DNA of 64,000 nucleotides from Thermodesulfobacteriota bacterium (GCA_965202785.1 OZ241855.1:352001-416000), one strand, 5' to 3'. Counted from the first letter of the stretch, positions 9,401 through 20,340 are shown. The notes: generated from the letters alone by a model not told the origin. Numbers and translations are program-made.

Positions 9401-11350
9401 TCAGCGGTTCATCCGGTTATCAATCAGATCGTCAACCACCGACGGGTCGGCAAGCGTTGAAGTATCGCCAAGATCAGCATAATCGTTGGCGGCGACGCGG
9501 CGCAGGATCCGGCGCATTATCTTGCCCGAGCGGGTTTTCGGAAGACCCGGAGCCCACTGTATAAGATCGGGAGAGGCGATCGGCCCTATTTCCTTTCTCA
9601 CCCATTTAACCAATTCGCCTCGAAGCTCCTCTGAAGGCTCGGAATCGGCGTTAAGTGTCACGTATGCATAGATGCCCTGTCCCTTTATCTCGTGCGGATA
9701 GCCTACTACCGCGGCCTCAGCGACGCTTCCGTGCGACACGAGGGCGCTTTCCACCTCGGCTGTGCCCATGCGGTGACCGGACACGTTTATAACATCATCG
9801 ACGCGCCCAGTGATCCAGTAATAATCGTCCTCGTCGCGACGGCAGCCGTCACCGGTAAAATACTTGCCCGGATAGGCGGTAAAATAAGTTTCGACGAAAC
9901 GGTCGTGATCTCCGTAAACCGTGCGTGCCTGTCCCGGCCATGAATCGGCTATGCAGAGATTTCCCTCAGCCGCGCCTTCTAAGACGTTGCCTTCTGAATC
10001 AACCAGTTCCGGACGGATCCCGAAAAACGGCAGCGTGGCTGAACCCGGCTTCAGGTCCGTCGCACCGGGAAGCGGGGTTATCAGGACCCCACCGGTCTCA
10101 GTCTGCCACCAAGTGTCCACTATGGGGCAGCGGCCGTCGCCGACCACTTCGTAGTACCACATCCAGGCTTCGGGGTTGATCGGTTCTCCAACTGTACCAA
10201 GAACGCGAAGCGATGTGCGGGAGGTTTCCTTAACCGGCCCGTCTCCCTCACGCATAAGCGCCCGGATAGCCGTGGGGGCCGTATAGAAAATACTGATGTT
10301 GTGCTTGTCGCAAACTCTCCAGAAGCGCGACATGTCCGGATAACCCGGCACCCCTTCAAACATCACAGTTGTGGCGCCGTTTGCAAGCGGTCCGTAGACG
10401 ATGTAGCTGTGGCCGGTGACCCAGCCGACATCGGCCGTACACCAGTAGACCTCTCCTTCGTGGTAATCGAACACGTATTGGTGAGTTATCGAAGCGTAAA
10501 CAAGATAGCCGCCGGTTGTGTGCAAAACCCCCTTGGGCTTTCCGGTCGAACCTGAGGTGTAGAGAATGAAAAGCGGGTCCTCGGCACCCATTTCCTCAGC
10601 CGTACAGTCATCGGAGACCTCCGCCGCGGCCTCATGATACCAGACGTCCCGCTCACCATCCCAAGGAATGTCCGCTCCAGTACGGCGCACTACCAATACC
10701 TTTTTTACGATCGAGTCCACAGCGTCGTCTTCAAGCGCCTTGTCCATGTTTACCTTAAGAGGCACCCTGCGAGTGCCGCGAAGCCCCTCGTCCGCCGTAA
10801 TGACTATTTCCGATTCACAGTCAGAGATCCTTCCCCCAAGCGCCTGCGGCGAAAAACCTCCGAACACTACCGAATGAATGGCGCCGATACGCGCGCACGC
10901 AAGCATGGCGAAGGCAGCCTCGGGAATCATCGGCATGTATATGGTTACCCTGTCGCCCTTGCGAGCGCCGAGAGACTTAAGCACGTTAGCCATGCGGCAG
11001 ACTTCACTTTTAAGTTCAGCGTAAGTGAACTTCCTGTCTTCACCGGGGTCATCCCCCTCCCATATGATTGCGATTTTGTCAGGGGTTTTCTCCGCGTGGC
11101 GATCGACACAGTTTGCCGACACGTTAAGGGTCCCGTCGTAGAACCACCTGATTGACACTTCTCCGGGACCGTAGCTTGTGTCCTTTACCTTGGTATAGGG
11201 CCTGATCCAGTCAATCCGCTGGCCATGGGCGCCCCAGAACCCCTCGGGATCCCTAACTGACTGACGGTACATCCAGTTATATTCGTCCCTGTTTATCAGG
11301 GCTCCTTCGGTAACAGCTTCTGAAGGTGGAAAAACTTTCGGTTTTGACAT
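9401..11350 (-). CDS. acs: Acetyl-CoA synthetase
   Basis: [31 protein letters not shown]; start MSKPKV with GGAGG SD. Confidence 0.97.
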   Translation of the reverse strand: MSKPKVFPPSEAVTEGALINRDEYNWMYRQSVRDPEGFWGAHGQRIDWIRPYTKVKDTSYGPGEVSIRWFYDGTLNVSANCVDRHAEKTPDKIAIIWEGDDPGEDRKFTYAELKSEVCRMANVLKSLGARKGDRVTIYMPMIPEAAFAMLACARIGAIHSVVFGGFSPQALGGRISDCESEIVITADEGLRGTRRVPLKVNMDKALEDDAVDSIVKKVLVVRRTGADIPWDGERDVWYHEAAAEVSDDCTAEEMGAEDPLFILYTSGSTGKPKGVLHTTGGYLVYASITHQYVFDYHEGEVYWCTADVGWVTGHSYIVYGPLANGATTVMFEGVPGYPDMSRFWRVCDKHNISIFYTAPTAIRALMREGDGPVKETSRTSLRVLGTVGEPINPEAWMWYYEVVGDGRCPIVDTWWQTETGGVLITPLPGATDLKPGSATLPFFGIRPELVDSEGNVLEGAAEGNLCIADSWPGQARTVYGDHDRFVETYFTAYPGKYFTGDGCRRDEDDYYWITGRVDDVINVSGHRMGTAEVESALVSHGSVAEAAVVGYPHEIKGQGIYAYVTLNADSEPSEELRGELVKWVRKEIGPIASPDLIQWAPGLPKTRSGKIMRRILRRVAANDYADLGDTSTLADPSVVDDLIDNRMNR

Positions 11351-11697
11351 GAATTTCCTCCTGACTAATAAACTTCCATTGTGATTATCCCGAGTTTTAA
11401 AACCGCCGTGCTTGTACGAAAATTGCAAGGGACAAAATAGCCAAATCTTGGGGAACCGTAGAGGCAGTCATTTAATATTTAAGGGCTTTATATATCAAGC
11501 AGTTACGCTCGATCCTAGGCTTCAAGATGCTGAATCGTATTGTAACTCCTGTGCTTTGAATTGACAATGTCTGAACTAATTTATTCAAAATTCGGTCAAT
11601 TTAATTGACTCTTTACACGCTCCTTGCAGATGCCTTGACCCCAGTGCGACAATCATTTAATTTGGTACCAACCGACCATTTCGAAGAAAATCAAGAC

Positions 11698-12261
11698 ATG
11701 TCTTGGCAAAGAATAAGCAGGTTCACTCTATGTCTCTTGCTCTTGTCCGCAACGGCATGCGGACAAGGGACAGACGATAACACGGACGTTAAAACCTCGA
11801 GCATGACCCCCGCTGACACGGACGACCGCCGCCCGTTCGAGGGGTCGGTCTTCATCGACGACGATGTGGACGGAGCTACCGCACTCCAGGAAAGCGACGC
11901 GTATGAACTCGATATAGACGGCGACCATGCGCCGGTCATCGAAAACGACACGCTGACCCTTACGGTATCGTACAGTGGCGGCTGTGAAACACACGATTTC
12001 ACCCTCGTCACGGACGGCAGCTTCATGGGATCAGATCCCGTCCAGCTCATCGTCACCCTGACCCATGACGACAACGACGACACGTGCGAAGCGTACCCGA
12101 CAGATCAGTATTCCTTTGACCTGACGTCCATAGAGACGCTGTATCAGGAAGCCTACGGGACAGACGAAGGTTCCATCATCCTGCGTCTGTGGCACTTGGG
12201 CCACCCAAGTGGTTCTATCGACGCCGACTTTCTCGACCTCGTCTACACTTTTGCGCCATGA
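11698..12261 (+). CDS. Lipoprotein with NigD C-terminal-like domain
   Basis: Lipobox LSATAC; TVSYSGGCETHDFTL...THDDNDDTCEA...FDL pattern. Confidence 0.65.
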   Translation: MSWQRISRFTLCLLLLSATACGQGTDDNTDVKTSSMTPADTDDRRPFEGSVFIDDDVDGATALQESDAYELDIDGDHAPVIENDTLTLTVSYSGGCETHDFTLVTDGSFMGSDPVQLIVTLTHDDNDDTCEAYPTDQYSFDLTSIETLYQEAYGTDEGSIILRLWHLGHPSGSIDADFLDLVYTFAP

Positions 12262-12481
12262 TTTTGATAAACCCGCTGCCCTCGGGCGTAATGGGAACGG
12301 ACCTCTTACGACCATCCCCGGTCGATTAAATCCGCCACCAACGCTTCCAATTACCACATCCAAGCCGACCATTGTCGTTACCCATAACTCTCGGGTTCGG
12401 ATGCGGTGGATTGAGAGCTTCTACAAAACTCCTTGGTAGCGCAGCAAGGTATCATTGAAAGTTTTTCCAAAGTCAAACCAC

Positions 12482-12521
12482 CTATTTTGACAACCAGATG
12501 TGGTAACGGTTGTCAAAATAG
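12482..12521. repeat. Perfect 14-bp inverted repeat between convergent genes
   Basis: CTATTTTGACAACC-N12-GGTTGTCAAAATAG. Confidence 0.8.
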
Positions 12522-12593
12522 AATTCTTAGAAAAAATTGCGGGAAACAAGCCTTTCTCTCAAGCGGTTTCCCGCGACAACACCCCGCCTCGCC

Positions 12594-13538
12594 TCAATGC
12601 GTCTTGTCTACCATGGAGTATCTTTTAAACAAGACCATCAGAAGCAACGCCAACGCGCCCAGAAACAGGCCGAACGCGCTGCCGCTATCACTTCCTCCAA
12701 GAGTGCAGCCTCCACCGCCTTCGGTATCCACCTCCCCGGTTTCCGTTTCTTCCAGCGGCGGAATGACGTTGTTGAGAGTGAAGATCAACCTTGCCATGCG
12801 CACGTCGGAGAACTTGCCCTGTCCCCTGAGACTTGTGATATCTCCCTGTGGACTGGTAGTGCTATTGCTCAGTGAAAATTCTTCCCCGTTCTCGGTTCCG
12901 GCGTCATAGGGAAACAGGTCTACTGTGTGAGAGGGTGGCCAGTCATCCGATCCATCCAGCAAAGACAGAGCAGAGACGCCCACAAACCAGTCCGGGCTGG
13001 GACCGATCATCGATAGAAGGGTAAACAGGGGATGAGTACGGCTGAACTCGACTTCAAATGTCCTCGTACCCATGGCAGAGGTACCGCTTTTCTTGACGAT
13101 GGATCTTACAGCTCCTTCTTCGGCATTGCTGATTTCTGTCTCAAACGTACCCGTGATGCCAAGCTCCGCCACCCTCTCCACGCCAGCAGTGGCCATCTCA
13201 CCCACTGCCCAGAAAGTCACATCGCTGTTGTGTACGGCGCCGATTAGCGTCGTGAAATGCGCACTGCCCACAACCCCGTCGGGCGTGCTGTCGGTGTTCC
13301 AGTTGCCTTCAAACGTTACCGTGTAGGTGGCCGATTCCGAGTCGGTCTGCGCGCGGGCCGGTCCCGCCGGCACGCCGAGTATGATGGTGGCAAGGAGGGA
13401 AAGGCCCATTGCGATGCGCCAAGGACCGCAAAAGATGCGGGAGAAGTTCAGTAGACGTGCGCGCTCCCGCATGCGGATACCGTCCCGACGCGGCGGAACG
13501 GACGTACCCGACAGTCTTCCTGACCTCAACGGAACCAT
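12594..13538 (-). CDS. Spondin_N domain secreted protein with GC-CTERM anchor
   Basis: ATYTVTFEG.W, HFTTLIGAVH, SMIGPSPDWFVGV, YDAGTE (Spondin_N); tail GGGGCTL..SAFGLFL..KR. Start uncertain. Confidence 0.85.
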   Translation of the reverse strand: MVPLRSGRLSGTSVPPRRDGIRMRERARLLNFSRIFCGPWRIAMGLSLLATIILGVPAGPARAQTDSESATYTVTFEGNWNTDSTPDGVVGSAHFTTLIGAVHNSDVTFWAVGEMATAGVERVAELGITGTFETEISNAEEGAVRSIVKKSGTSAMGTRTFEVEFSRTHPLFTLLSMIGPSPDWFVGVSALSLLDGSDDWPPSHTVDLFPYDAGTENGEEFSLSNSTTSPQGDITSLRGQGKFSDVRMARLIFTLNNVIPPLEETETGEVDTEGGGGCTLGGSDSGSAFGLFLGALALLLMVLFKRYSMVDKTH

Positions 13539-13715
13539 TTCAGGTAAAATAGTACCTTGAACCTAGCATACTTTCGAACAAGGTGTCCCGCGGTTCCTCC
13601 ATAAATTCTCGCTACATTCCTTGACAAAAACGCTCCCCGTATAAGATACTTAGAGGCGGGGTTGGTGGTGTTGAAATTGCTTCCACGCGGGAAGTGTAAC
13701 GGGTGGTTTTTGTAT

Positions 13716-14975
13716 ATGGGCCTTTTATCTGAAACCTGGGAAAAGACATTCGGCGCGAGCGAAAGCGCCATGCTGCTTGAAACATTCGGCGCAAGAGACT
13801 TCTCGGAGCTTCGCCCCTCTCCGAAGCTTGATAGAGTAATATCAAAAACAATCGAGGGAGAAAACGTCACGCGCGGAGACGCACTCTACCTTGCGGAGCT
13901 TTTTCCCAAGGAAGTCCCTTTTCTTCTTCTGGCCGCATCGGCCATCAGGAACCGCTCGAAAGGAAAAACCGTAACTTACTCCAAGAATGTCTTCGTACCC
14001 CTTACCCAGCTCTGCAGGGACCGCTGCGGATACTGCACGTTCAAGATAGAGCCGGAAGAGGGAGAGCTGTTCATGACCCCGGAAGAGGTCGTCGACATGG
14101 CGAAAAAAGGAGCGAAGGCGGGATGCACGGAACTTCTTTTCGTCACGGGCGACAAGCCGGAACTCGCTTATCAGGTATACAGGGACGCACTCGGGGAAAT
14201 CGGCTACGAAACGACGGCAGAGTACCTGATCGACATGGGAAAGACCGGACTTGAACACGGAATCTTCCCCCACACTAACCTCGGGCTCTCAACCCCTGAA
14301 GAACTCTCCGGGTTCAGAAAAAGCAACCCCAGCATGGGCCTCATGCTAGAGAACATAAGCGAGAGGCTGCTTAAGAAGGGAAATGCCCACCACGGCTGCG
14401 CCGACAAGGTCCCGAAGCTCAGGATGGAAACCATGGAGCACGCGGGTGAACTCAGCATTCCCTGGACAAGCGGCATACTGGTGGGAATCGGGGAAACGTT
14501 CGAGGAGAGAATCGACTCGCTTTACGCGCTGCTTGAACTCTCCCGCAGGCACGGTCACCTGCAGGAAATAATAATTCAGAACTTCAACCCCAAGGAAGGA
14601 ATAAAGATGGAGGAATACCCTCCCGCCGATTTTCTCGAGATGCTGAAGACCGTCGCCATCTCGAGGCTCATATTCGGAGGGGATATGAACATACAGATCC
14701 CCCCTAACCTTAACAACAGGAATTTCACTTTTTACCTGACGGCCGGCATAAACGACCTGGGCGGCGTGTCGCCTCTCACCATAGACTACGTCAACCCCGA
14801 GGCTCCGTGGCCGCAGGTTGAGAGAATGGAAAGTGAGGTAAGAGCGCTGGGTTACGAACTTCGGGAGAGACTTCCCGTCTATCCCGAGTACATAGACGAG
14901 CGCTGGATAGACCCCTACGTTCTCGGTAAGGTAAGGGAGCGCGTTGATGAGAGGGGATATGTTCCCGCAAACTGA
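13716..14975 (+). CDS. cofG: FO synthase subunit CofG (radical SAM)
   Basis: TYSKNVFVPLTQLCRDRCGYCTF, PHTNLG, SMGLMLE, INDLGGVSPLT.DYVNPE.PWP. Confidence 0.93.
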   Translation: MGLLSETWEKTFGASESAMLLETFGARDFSELRPSPKLDRVISKTIEGENVTRGDALYLAELFPKEVPFLLLAASAIRNRSKGKTVTYSKNVFVPLTQLCRDRCGYCTFKIEPEEGELFMTPEEVVDMAKKGAKAGCTELLFVTGDKPELAYQVYRDALGEIGYETTAEYLIDMGKTGLEHGIFPHTNLGLSTPEELSGFRKSNPSMGLMLENISERLLKKGNAHHGCADKVPKLRMETMEHAGELSIPWTSGILVGIGETFEERIDSLYALLELSRRHGHLQEIIIQNFNPKEGIKMEEYPPADFLEMLKTVAISRLIFGGDMNIQIPPNLNNRNFTFYLTAGINDLGGVSPLTIDYVNPEAPWPQVERMESEVRALGYELRERLPVYPEYIDERWIDPYVLGKVRERVDERGYVPAN

Positions 14976-14978
14976 AAA

Positions 14979-16178
14979 ATGGAAGACATAAGCAAAATAA
15001 TAGACTCCATAGAGCAAAGAAGGCCCTTGGGCGTTGACGGGGTGATGTCGCGTATAAACGGCACGACGGGCCGCATAATCGAGGATGCGCTTTCGGGAAA
15101 GGAGATTTCGGTTGAAGACGGAATCCATCTTTTCAGCATAGAGGATACAGACGAGATATCCGCCCTAGCCCTCGCGGCCGATCGGATAAGAGAGGAAGAT
15201 GTCGGGGATGTGGTTACTTACGTCGTTAACAGGAACATAAACTTCACTAACATATGCGATGTCTACTGCGGCTTCTGCAATTTTATGGCGGACGAGGGGG
15301 ACGACAGGGCGTATTTCCTCTCCATGGACGAAGTCGCGGAGAGAACCGTTGAAGCCTGGGAGATAGGCGCAACGGAAGTATGCATGCAGGGCGGCATGCA
15401 TCCCGAGATAGACGGCAATTTCTACATCGAGCTTATAAAGACGGTAAAAAAAGCCGTGCCCGAGATGCACACCCACGCTTTTTCCCCCTACGAGATCTAC
15501 TACGGCGCAAAGACTCTCGGCATAGAGGAAGAGGACTTCATAAGAAGACTCAAGGATGTCGGTCACAACACTTTTCCCGGCACCGCGGCCGAGGTTCTGG
15601 TTGAAGAAGTAAGAAAAGTAATCGCTCCCAGGAAGATACCGACCGAGGTATGGATAAGGGTGGTCAAAAAAGCCCACAGGGAAGGAATGAGAACCACCTC
15701 GACCATAATGTACGGTCACCTCGACAAGCGCCATCACTGGGCCATACACCTTGGAATCCTGAGGGACATACAGAAAGAGACTGGAGGGTTCACGGAGTTC
15801 GTGCCGCTTCGGTTCATTCCCTGGAACACGAGGCTTTTTATTCACTCCAAGGGGAAGGTGAGAAAGGGACCGACCGATCTTGACCAGCTGAAGATGTACG
15901 CGGTCTCCCGAATGATGCTTCGGGGATGGATAAACAACATACAGGTCTCCTGGGTAAAGCAGGGACCCGAGTTCGCGCAGTTCTCTCTCACCGCCGGGGC
16001 AAACGATTTCGGGGGAACGCTCATGGAAGAGCAGATATCCCGTTTCGCCGGTGCAAGTTACGGGCAGTACTTCCCGCCCGAGGAGTTCAGAAAACTCACC
16101 AGAGAAATAGGCAGAATCCCGGCCGAACGCGACACGACCTACGGGATACTGAAAACGTTTGAAAACGGCAAGGCCTGA
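14979..16178 (+). CDS. cofH: FO synthase subunit CofH (radical SAM)
   Basis: TYVVNRNINFTNICDVYCGFCNF, PGTAAE, TGGFTEFVPL, NIQVSWVK, NDFGGTLMEE. Confidence 0.93.
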   Translation: MEDISKIIDSIEQRRPLGVDGVMSRINGTTGRIIEDALSGKEISVEDGIHLFSIEDTDEISALALAADRIREEDVGDVVTYVVNRNINFTNICDVYCGFCNFMADEGDDRAYFLSMDEVAERTVEAWEIGATEVCMQGGMHPEIDGNFYIELIKTVKKAVPEMHTHAFSPYEIYYGAKTLGIEEEDFIRRLKDVGHNTFPGTAAEVLVEEVRKVIAPRKIPTEVWIRVVKKAHREGMRTTSTIMYGHLDKRHHWAIHLGILRDIQKETGGFTEFVPLRFIPWNTRLFIHSKGKVRKGPTDLDQLKMYAVSRMMLRGWINNIQVSWVKQGPEFAQFSLTAGANDFGGTLMEEQISRFAGASYGQYFPPEEFRKLTREIGRIPAERDTTYGILKTFENGKA

Positions 16179-16238
16179 AGACTTTCTCTCCCGCGCGCAG
16201 TCTTTTGTCCCGAAACCCTCCGGCCGGCACTGGTTTCC

Positions 16239-19088
16239 ATGGAGAAATCAAAAATCGAAGATCTGAGCAGGGCGATTGGCAGGCAGATCCGGGGCGAGAT
16301 AAGAGAAAGCCTCGTTGACCGGGCCATCTACAGCACGGACGCAAGCAACTACAGAATCCTCCCCGAAGCGGTCGTAATTCCGAAAACCCCCCAGGACATA
16401 GAGATCACAATTTCCGAAGCCTCCGCCCGCAACATACCGGTCACGGTGCGCGGAGCCGGGACAAGCCTTGCGGGACAGGCGGTAGGAGAAGGAATAATCC
16501 TTGACCTGTCAAAGTACATGAACAGGGTGGTCGACGTGGACGCCGGAGGAAGGAAAGTCAGGGTGGAGCCCGGAATCTCGATCGACAACCTCAACAGAGA
16601 CCTCTCGCCCCTGGGACTCATGTTCGGGCCGGACCCCTCAAGCGCAAGCGTCGCCACCGTAGGGGGAGCCGTCGCGAACAACGCTACGGGAGCTCACTCC
16701 ATACTTTACGGAATGGCGGGCGATCACGTGATTTCCTCAAACGTCGTGCTGGCGGACGGGTCTTCTCTCGAGCTTTCCGGGGAAAACTACAAAAGACGCG
16801 GCGGAGGACCCGGCATTGCGGAAAGTCTTTTCGAAAAACTCGCCGCGCTTATAAAGGAAAGCGGGGAGCTTGTAAAAACCGATTTTCCAAAACACTGGAG
16901 AAGGGCTTCGGGGTATTCACTTAATTATTTTCTGGACGGGGAGTTCAATCCCGCGAAACTTCTTGCCTCCTCGGAAGGCACTCTGGCGGTCTCGACCGAT
17001 TTTGAGCTTAACCTCGTTGAAAAACCCCTCTCAAGCGCGCTTTGCGTCATCCCGTTTCGTGAAATTCCGGAGGCAATGGACTCGGTCTTAGAAATTCTCT
17101 CCCACGGTCCCTCGGCGATAGAACTTATTGACGGAACCCTGATAGGTCTCGCGAGAAGAAAAAAAGGGTTCTCCCACGCCCTCTCCTTCATTGACGGAAT
17201 CCCCGGGTCTATTCTGGTAGTCGAATTCCAGGGAGACGACGAAAGGCAGACCGGCGAGAGGGCGAAAGCCCTCGCAAAGTCCCTGAATTCCGCTTTTGCG
17301 CTGCTGGGACTCGAGGAGCAGAAAAAAGTCTGGGACGTAAGAAAGGCGGGGCTCGGAATCCTGATGAGCGACAGGGGCAACCGAAAACCTGTTCCTTGCA
17401 TAGAAGACGTCTCGGTTCCCGCGGAGAATCTCGCCCGTTACACAAGGGACGTGATCTCGCTTCTTTCAGAGTTCGGACTCAAAGCCGCTTTCTACGGCCA
17501 CGCAAGCGCAGGATGCCTGCACATAAGGCCCCTTCTCGACCTTCGGGAGCAGAAAGGAGTATCCGACATGACAGCCCTTTCAGAACGTACCCTCGAGCTT
17601 GTCCTTCGCCACTCGGGGGTAATGAGCGGCGAGCACGGAGACGGTCTCCAGAGAAGCTACCTTAACGAAAGGCTCTTCGGAGAGGGGCTTTACTCGGTGA
17701 TGAAAGAACTAAAGGAGATATTTGATCCGCTGGGGGTGCTCAATCCGGGAAAAGTCGTCTGTGGGTCCGATTCTTCCCTTAGTCTCAGAATGAAGAAATC
17801 CGCTGGGGGTATCACCACCTCTCTTGACTGGTCCCGGGAGGGGGGTCTCGCCGCGGCAGCCGCGATGTGCAACGGCCAGGGGGTCTGCAGAAAGACCGCC
17901 GAGGGGATAATGTGTCCCTCCTACAGGGCGACTCTTGACGAAGGCGACACCACAAGGGCACGCGCCAACCTGCTCCGGGAACTTCTGCTGGGCCACATGG
18001 ACGCAGACATGATCTATGACAAAGGATTCTACGATGTTTTCGATCTCTGCGTGGGATGCAAGGCGTGCCGTACCGAATGTCCTTCAGGGGTTGACGTCAG
18101 CAAGATGAAAACCGAGTTCCTGGCGCTCTACAAAAACAAAACCGGGTTTACGGCAAGGGACAGCCTGTTTGCCCGAGTGCACGAGATAAGTTCCGCGCGT
18201 AGCGCCCTTCCCCGCTTTTTAAACCGGGCGCTTGAGAGTTCTTTTTCCCGAGGGCTGCTTTCGCTCGCGGGAATTTCCCGAAGAAGATCTCTTCCCCCGA
18301 TGGCCGAAGATACTTTCAGCGGGTGGTTCCGCAAAAGGAAAAGAGAACCCCGGAACGGAAAACAGGTGGTTTATTTCCACGACACGTGGTCTGAGTTTTT
18401 CTACCCAGAAATAGGAAAAGCCGTTGTCGGGGTGCTTGAGGGCCTTGGTTTCGAGGTGCTTCTGGAGAGACAAAGAGAATGCTGCGGGCGGCCGATGCTG
18501 AGTACCGGCATGGTGGAGAAAGCCAGGGAGAACGCGGTTCAAAACGTAAATGTCCTCTCAGATTACGCCAGAGGGAATATCCCTGTGATCTTTTCAGAAC
18601 CCAGCTGCCTCTCTGCGTTTCGGGATGAATACGCCGACCTTCTTCCGGGTAACGAACCACTGAACGCGCTCCTTCCGAACATACACTCGGTCTGCGAATT
18701 TGTCTGCGCGCAAGGTGATAATTTCCTCGATCCCAACAAGCAAAGACGCGGAAGGATACTCGTTCACGGGCACTGCCACGAAAGATCCGTTGGCGATTTC
18801 GGAAAGACCCTGTCACTTCTTAACGACCTGGGATACGACGCGAGGTCAAGCGACGCTGGGTGCTGCGGCATGGCAGGGAGCTTCGGTTACGAAAAAGAGC
18901 ACTACGAGGTATCGAAAGCCATGGGGGAGTGCGGTCTTTTCCCGAAAATAAGGAACTTGGGAAAATCGGAGAGGGTCTGCGTAACGGGCGTATCATGCCT
19001 CGAGCAGGTCTCCCATTTCACCGGGGCAGTTCCGGTTCACGTAGCCCTGCTTCTCGAAGAATGCATATCGGCTAAAGATACGAAATAA
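16239..19088 (+). CDS. FAD-linked oxidase/4Fe-4S/CCG fusion (YdiJ-like, GlcD+GlcF-type 2-hydroxyacid dehydrogenase)
   Basis: RGAGTSLAGQ, GEHGDG, CVGCKACRTECP, CCGRP, CCGMAGSFG. Confidence 0.88.
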   Translation: MEKSKIEDLSRAIGRQIRGEIRESLVDRAIYSTDASNYRILPEAVVIPKTPQDIEITISEASARNIPVTVRGAGTSLAGQAVGEGIILDLSKYMNRVVDVDAGGRKVRVEPGISIDNLNRDLSPLGLMFGPDPSSASVATVGGAVANNATGAHSILYGMAGDHVISSNVVLADGSSLELSGENYKRRGGGPGIAESLFEKLAALIKESGELVKTDFPKHWRRASGYSLNYFLDGEFNPAKLLASSEGTLAVSTDFELNLVEKPLSSALCVIPFREIPEAMDSVLEILSHGPSAIELIDGTLIGLARRKKGFSHALSFIDGIPGSILVVEFQGDDERQTGERAKALAKSLNSAFALLGLEEQKKVWDVRKAGLGILMSDRGNRKPVPCIEDVSVPAENLARYTRDVISLLSEFGLKAAFYGHASAGCLHIRPLLDLREQKGVSDMTALSERTLELVLRHSGVMSGEHGDGLQRSYLNERLFGEGLYSVMKELKEIFDPLGVLNPGKVVCGSDSSLSLRMKKSAGGITTSLDWSREGGLAAAAAMCNGQGVCRKTAEGIMCPSYRATLDEGDTTRARANLLRELLLGHMDADMIYDKGFYDVFDLCVGCKACRTECPSGVDVSKMKTEFLALYKNKTGFTARDSLFARVHEISSARSALPRFLNRALESSFSRGLLSLAGISRRRSLPPMAEDTFSGWFRKRKREPRNGKQVVYFHDTWSEFFYPEIGKAVVGVLEGLGFEVLLERQRECCGRPMLSTGMVEKARENAVQNVNVLSDYARGNIPVIFSEPSCLSAFRDEYADLLPGNEPLNALLPNIHSVCEFVCAQGDNFLDPNKQRRGRILVHGHCHERSVGDFGKTLSLLNDLGYDARSSDAGCCGMAGSFGYEKEHYEVSKAMGECGLFPKIRNLGKSERVCVTGVSCLEQVSHFTGAVPVHVALLLEECISAKDTK

Positions 19089-19137
19089 CCATCTCCCGTC
19101 ATAGAAGACACCCTTGCTTGCCGGTAAGATAAAGACC

Positions 19138-20133
19138 ATGGGATTTCCGCAGATCATAGGACACGAACCCCAGAAGGAATTTCTTCGCAATTCGGTCCGC
19201 AAAAACCGGATCTCGCACGCATACCTTTTCTCAGGACCCGAGGGCGTAGGGAAGAAACTGGTCGCAACCGGTTTCGCGAAACTCATAAACTGCACCGAGG
19301 ATGGAATGGAGAACCTTGATTGCGAATGCACCTCGTGCGTGAAAACCGAAAAAGGCCTTAACCCCGACGTTTTAGTGTTCGGATACCCGGGCGAGAAGAC
19401 GATAAAAGTGGACCACGTTAGACAGGACATAGAGCGGCTGATACACCTGGCGCCCTATGAGAATCCCTACAAGGTCTTCATAATCGACGGCGCGCAGAGA
19501 ATGAACTTCAACGCCCAGAACGCATTCCTGAAGACCCTCGAAGAACCGCCGCCTAATTCCGTCATAATCCTCATAACGACGCTCGCGGATCTGCTCATGC
19601 CGACTATAAGGTCAAGATGCCAGTCGGTGGTCTTCCAGCCCCTTGGGGCAGGACAGGTAAGAGAGTTTCTGGAAAAGGAAAAGCCCGGGGAGAATGACCC
19701 GGAGCTTGTCTCGAAAATATCGGGAGGGAGCATCTCAAGGGCGCTTGGTACCGATGAAGATTATCTTCGTAAAAGAATCGAATACATAGACTGCGTAATG
19801 GCCGTTAACGCCAAAAAACCCCTTACCCTTTTTGATTCCGTGGAGAGGATACAGAAAGACGTAAAAGGCGGAGGACCGCAGGAACTGAAAACGGTCTTTG
19901 ACATTCTCTCGACATGGCTTAGGGATTCGCTGGTTCTTAAAACCTCCGGGAAAAAAGAGGAAATAGTAAACATCGACCTCATTGAGCAGCTAAGCGAATA
20001 TTCAGAAAAAAGGGACGTACTTGAACTTCTGGGTAAATTCGCCGCTCTTGAGGAAACCATGGCGCGGATTTCAGAAAATAACGCGAACGTCGAGGTTTCT
20101 CTTGAGAACCTTCTCCTGAGGCTTGCTCTATAG
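19138..20133 (+). CDS. holB: DNA polymerase III delta' subunit
   Basis: HAYLFSGPEGVGKK, AQNAFLKTLEEPP, TIRSRC. Confidence 0.93.
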   Translation: MGFPQIIGHEPQKEFLRNSVRKNRISHAYLFSGPEGVGKKLVATGFAKLINCTEDGMENLDCECTSCVKTEKGLNPDVLVFGYPGEKTIKVDHVRQDIERLIHLAPYENPYKVFIIDGAQRMNFNAQNAFLKTLEEPPPNSVIILITTLADLLMPTIRSRCQSVVFQPLGAGQVREFLEKEKPGENDPELVSKISGGSISRALGTDEDYLRKRIEYIDCVMAVNAKKPLTLFDSVERIQKDVKGGGPQELKTVFDILSTWLRDSLVLKTSGKKEEIVNIDLIEQLSEYSEKRDVLELLGKFAALEETMARISENNANVEVSLENLLLRLAL

Positions 20134-20340
20134 CGATATCAATCCGCCTGAGGCTTCTTAATCTACTGATTCACCCGTTGTGGGCGGCACTTGAAACCAC
20201 GCTTTATAATTCCATAACAAGCATCAAAATCCCTTGTCGAATATTAAAGATTGCATTTTTATTAACACTTGTCGTACTCTTAGGAATACCCTCAATGATT
20301 TAATCAAAAACTTAGCACAGGCGGAGGCGGAGGATGATAC

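Noticed and set aside
14973-14975. Selenocysteine at the cofG TGA
   Set aside because: Linker position with no conserved Cys, and no SECIS-like hairpin downstream.
14979-16178. mqnC/mqnE call
   Set aside because: Paired with cofG and carries CofH motifs (VVNRNINFTN, NIQVSWVK).
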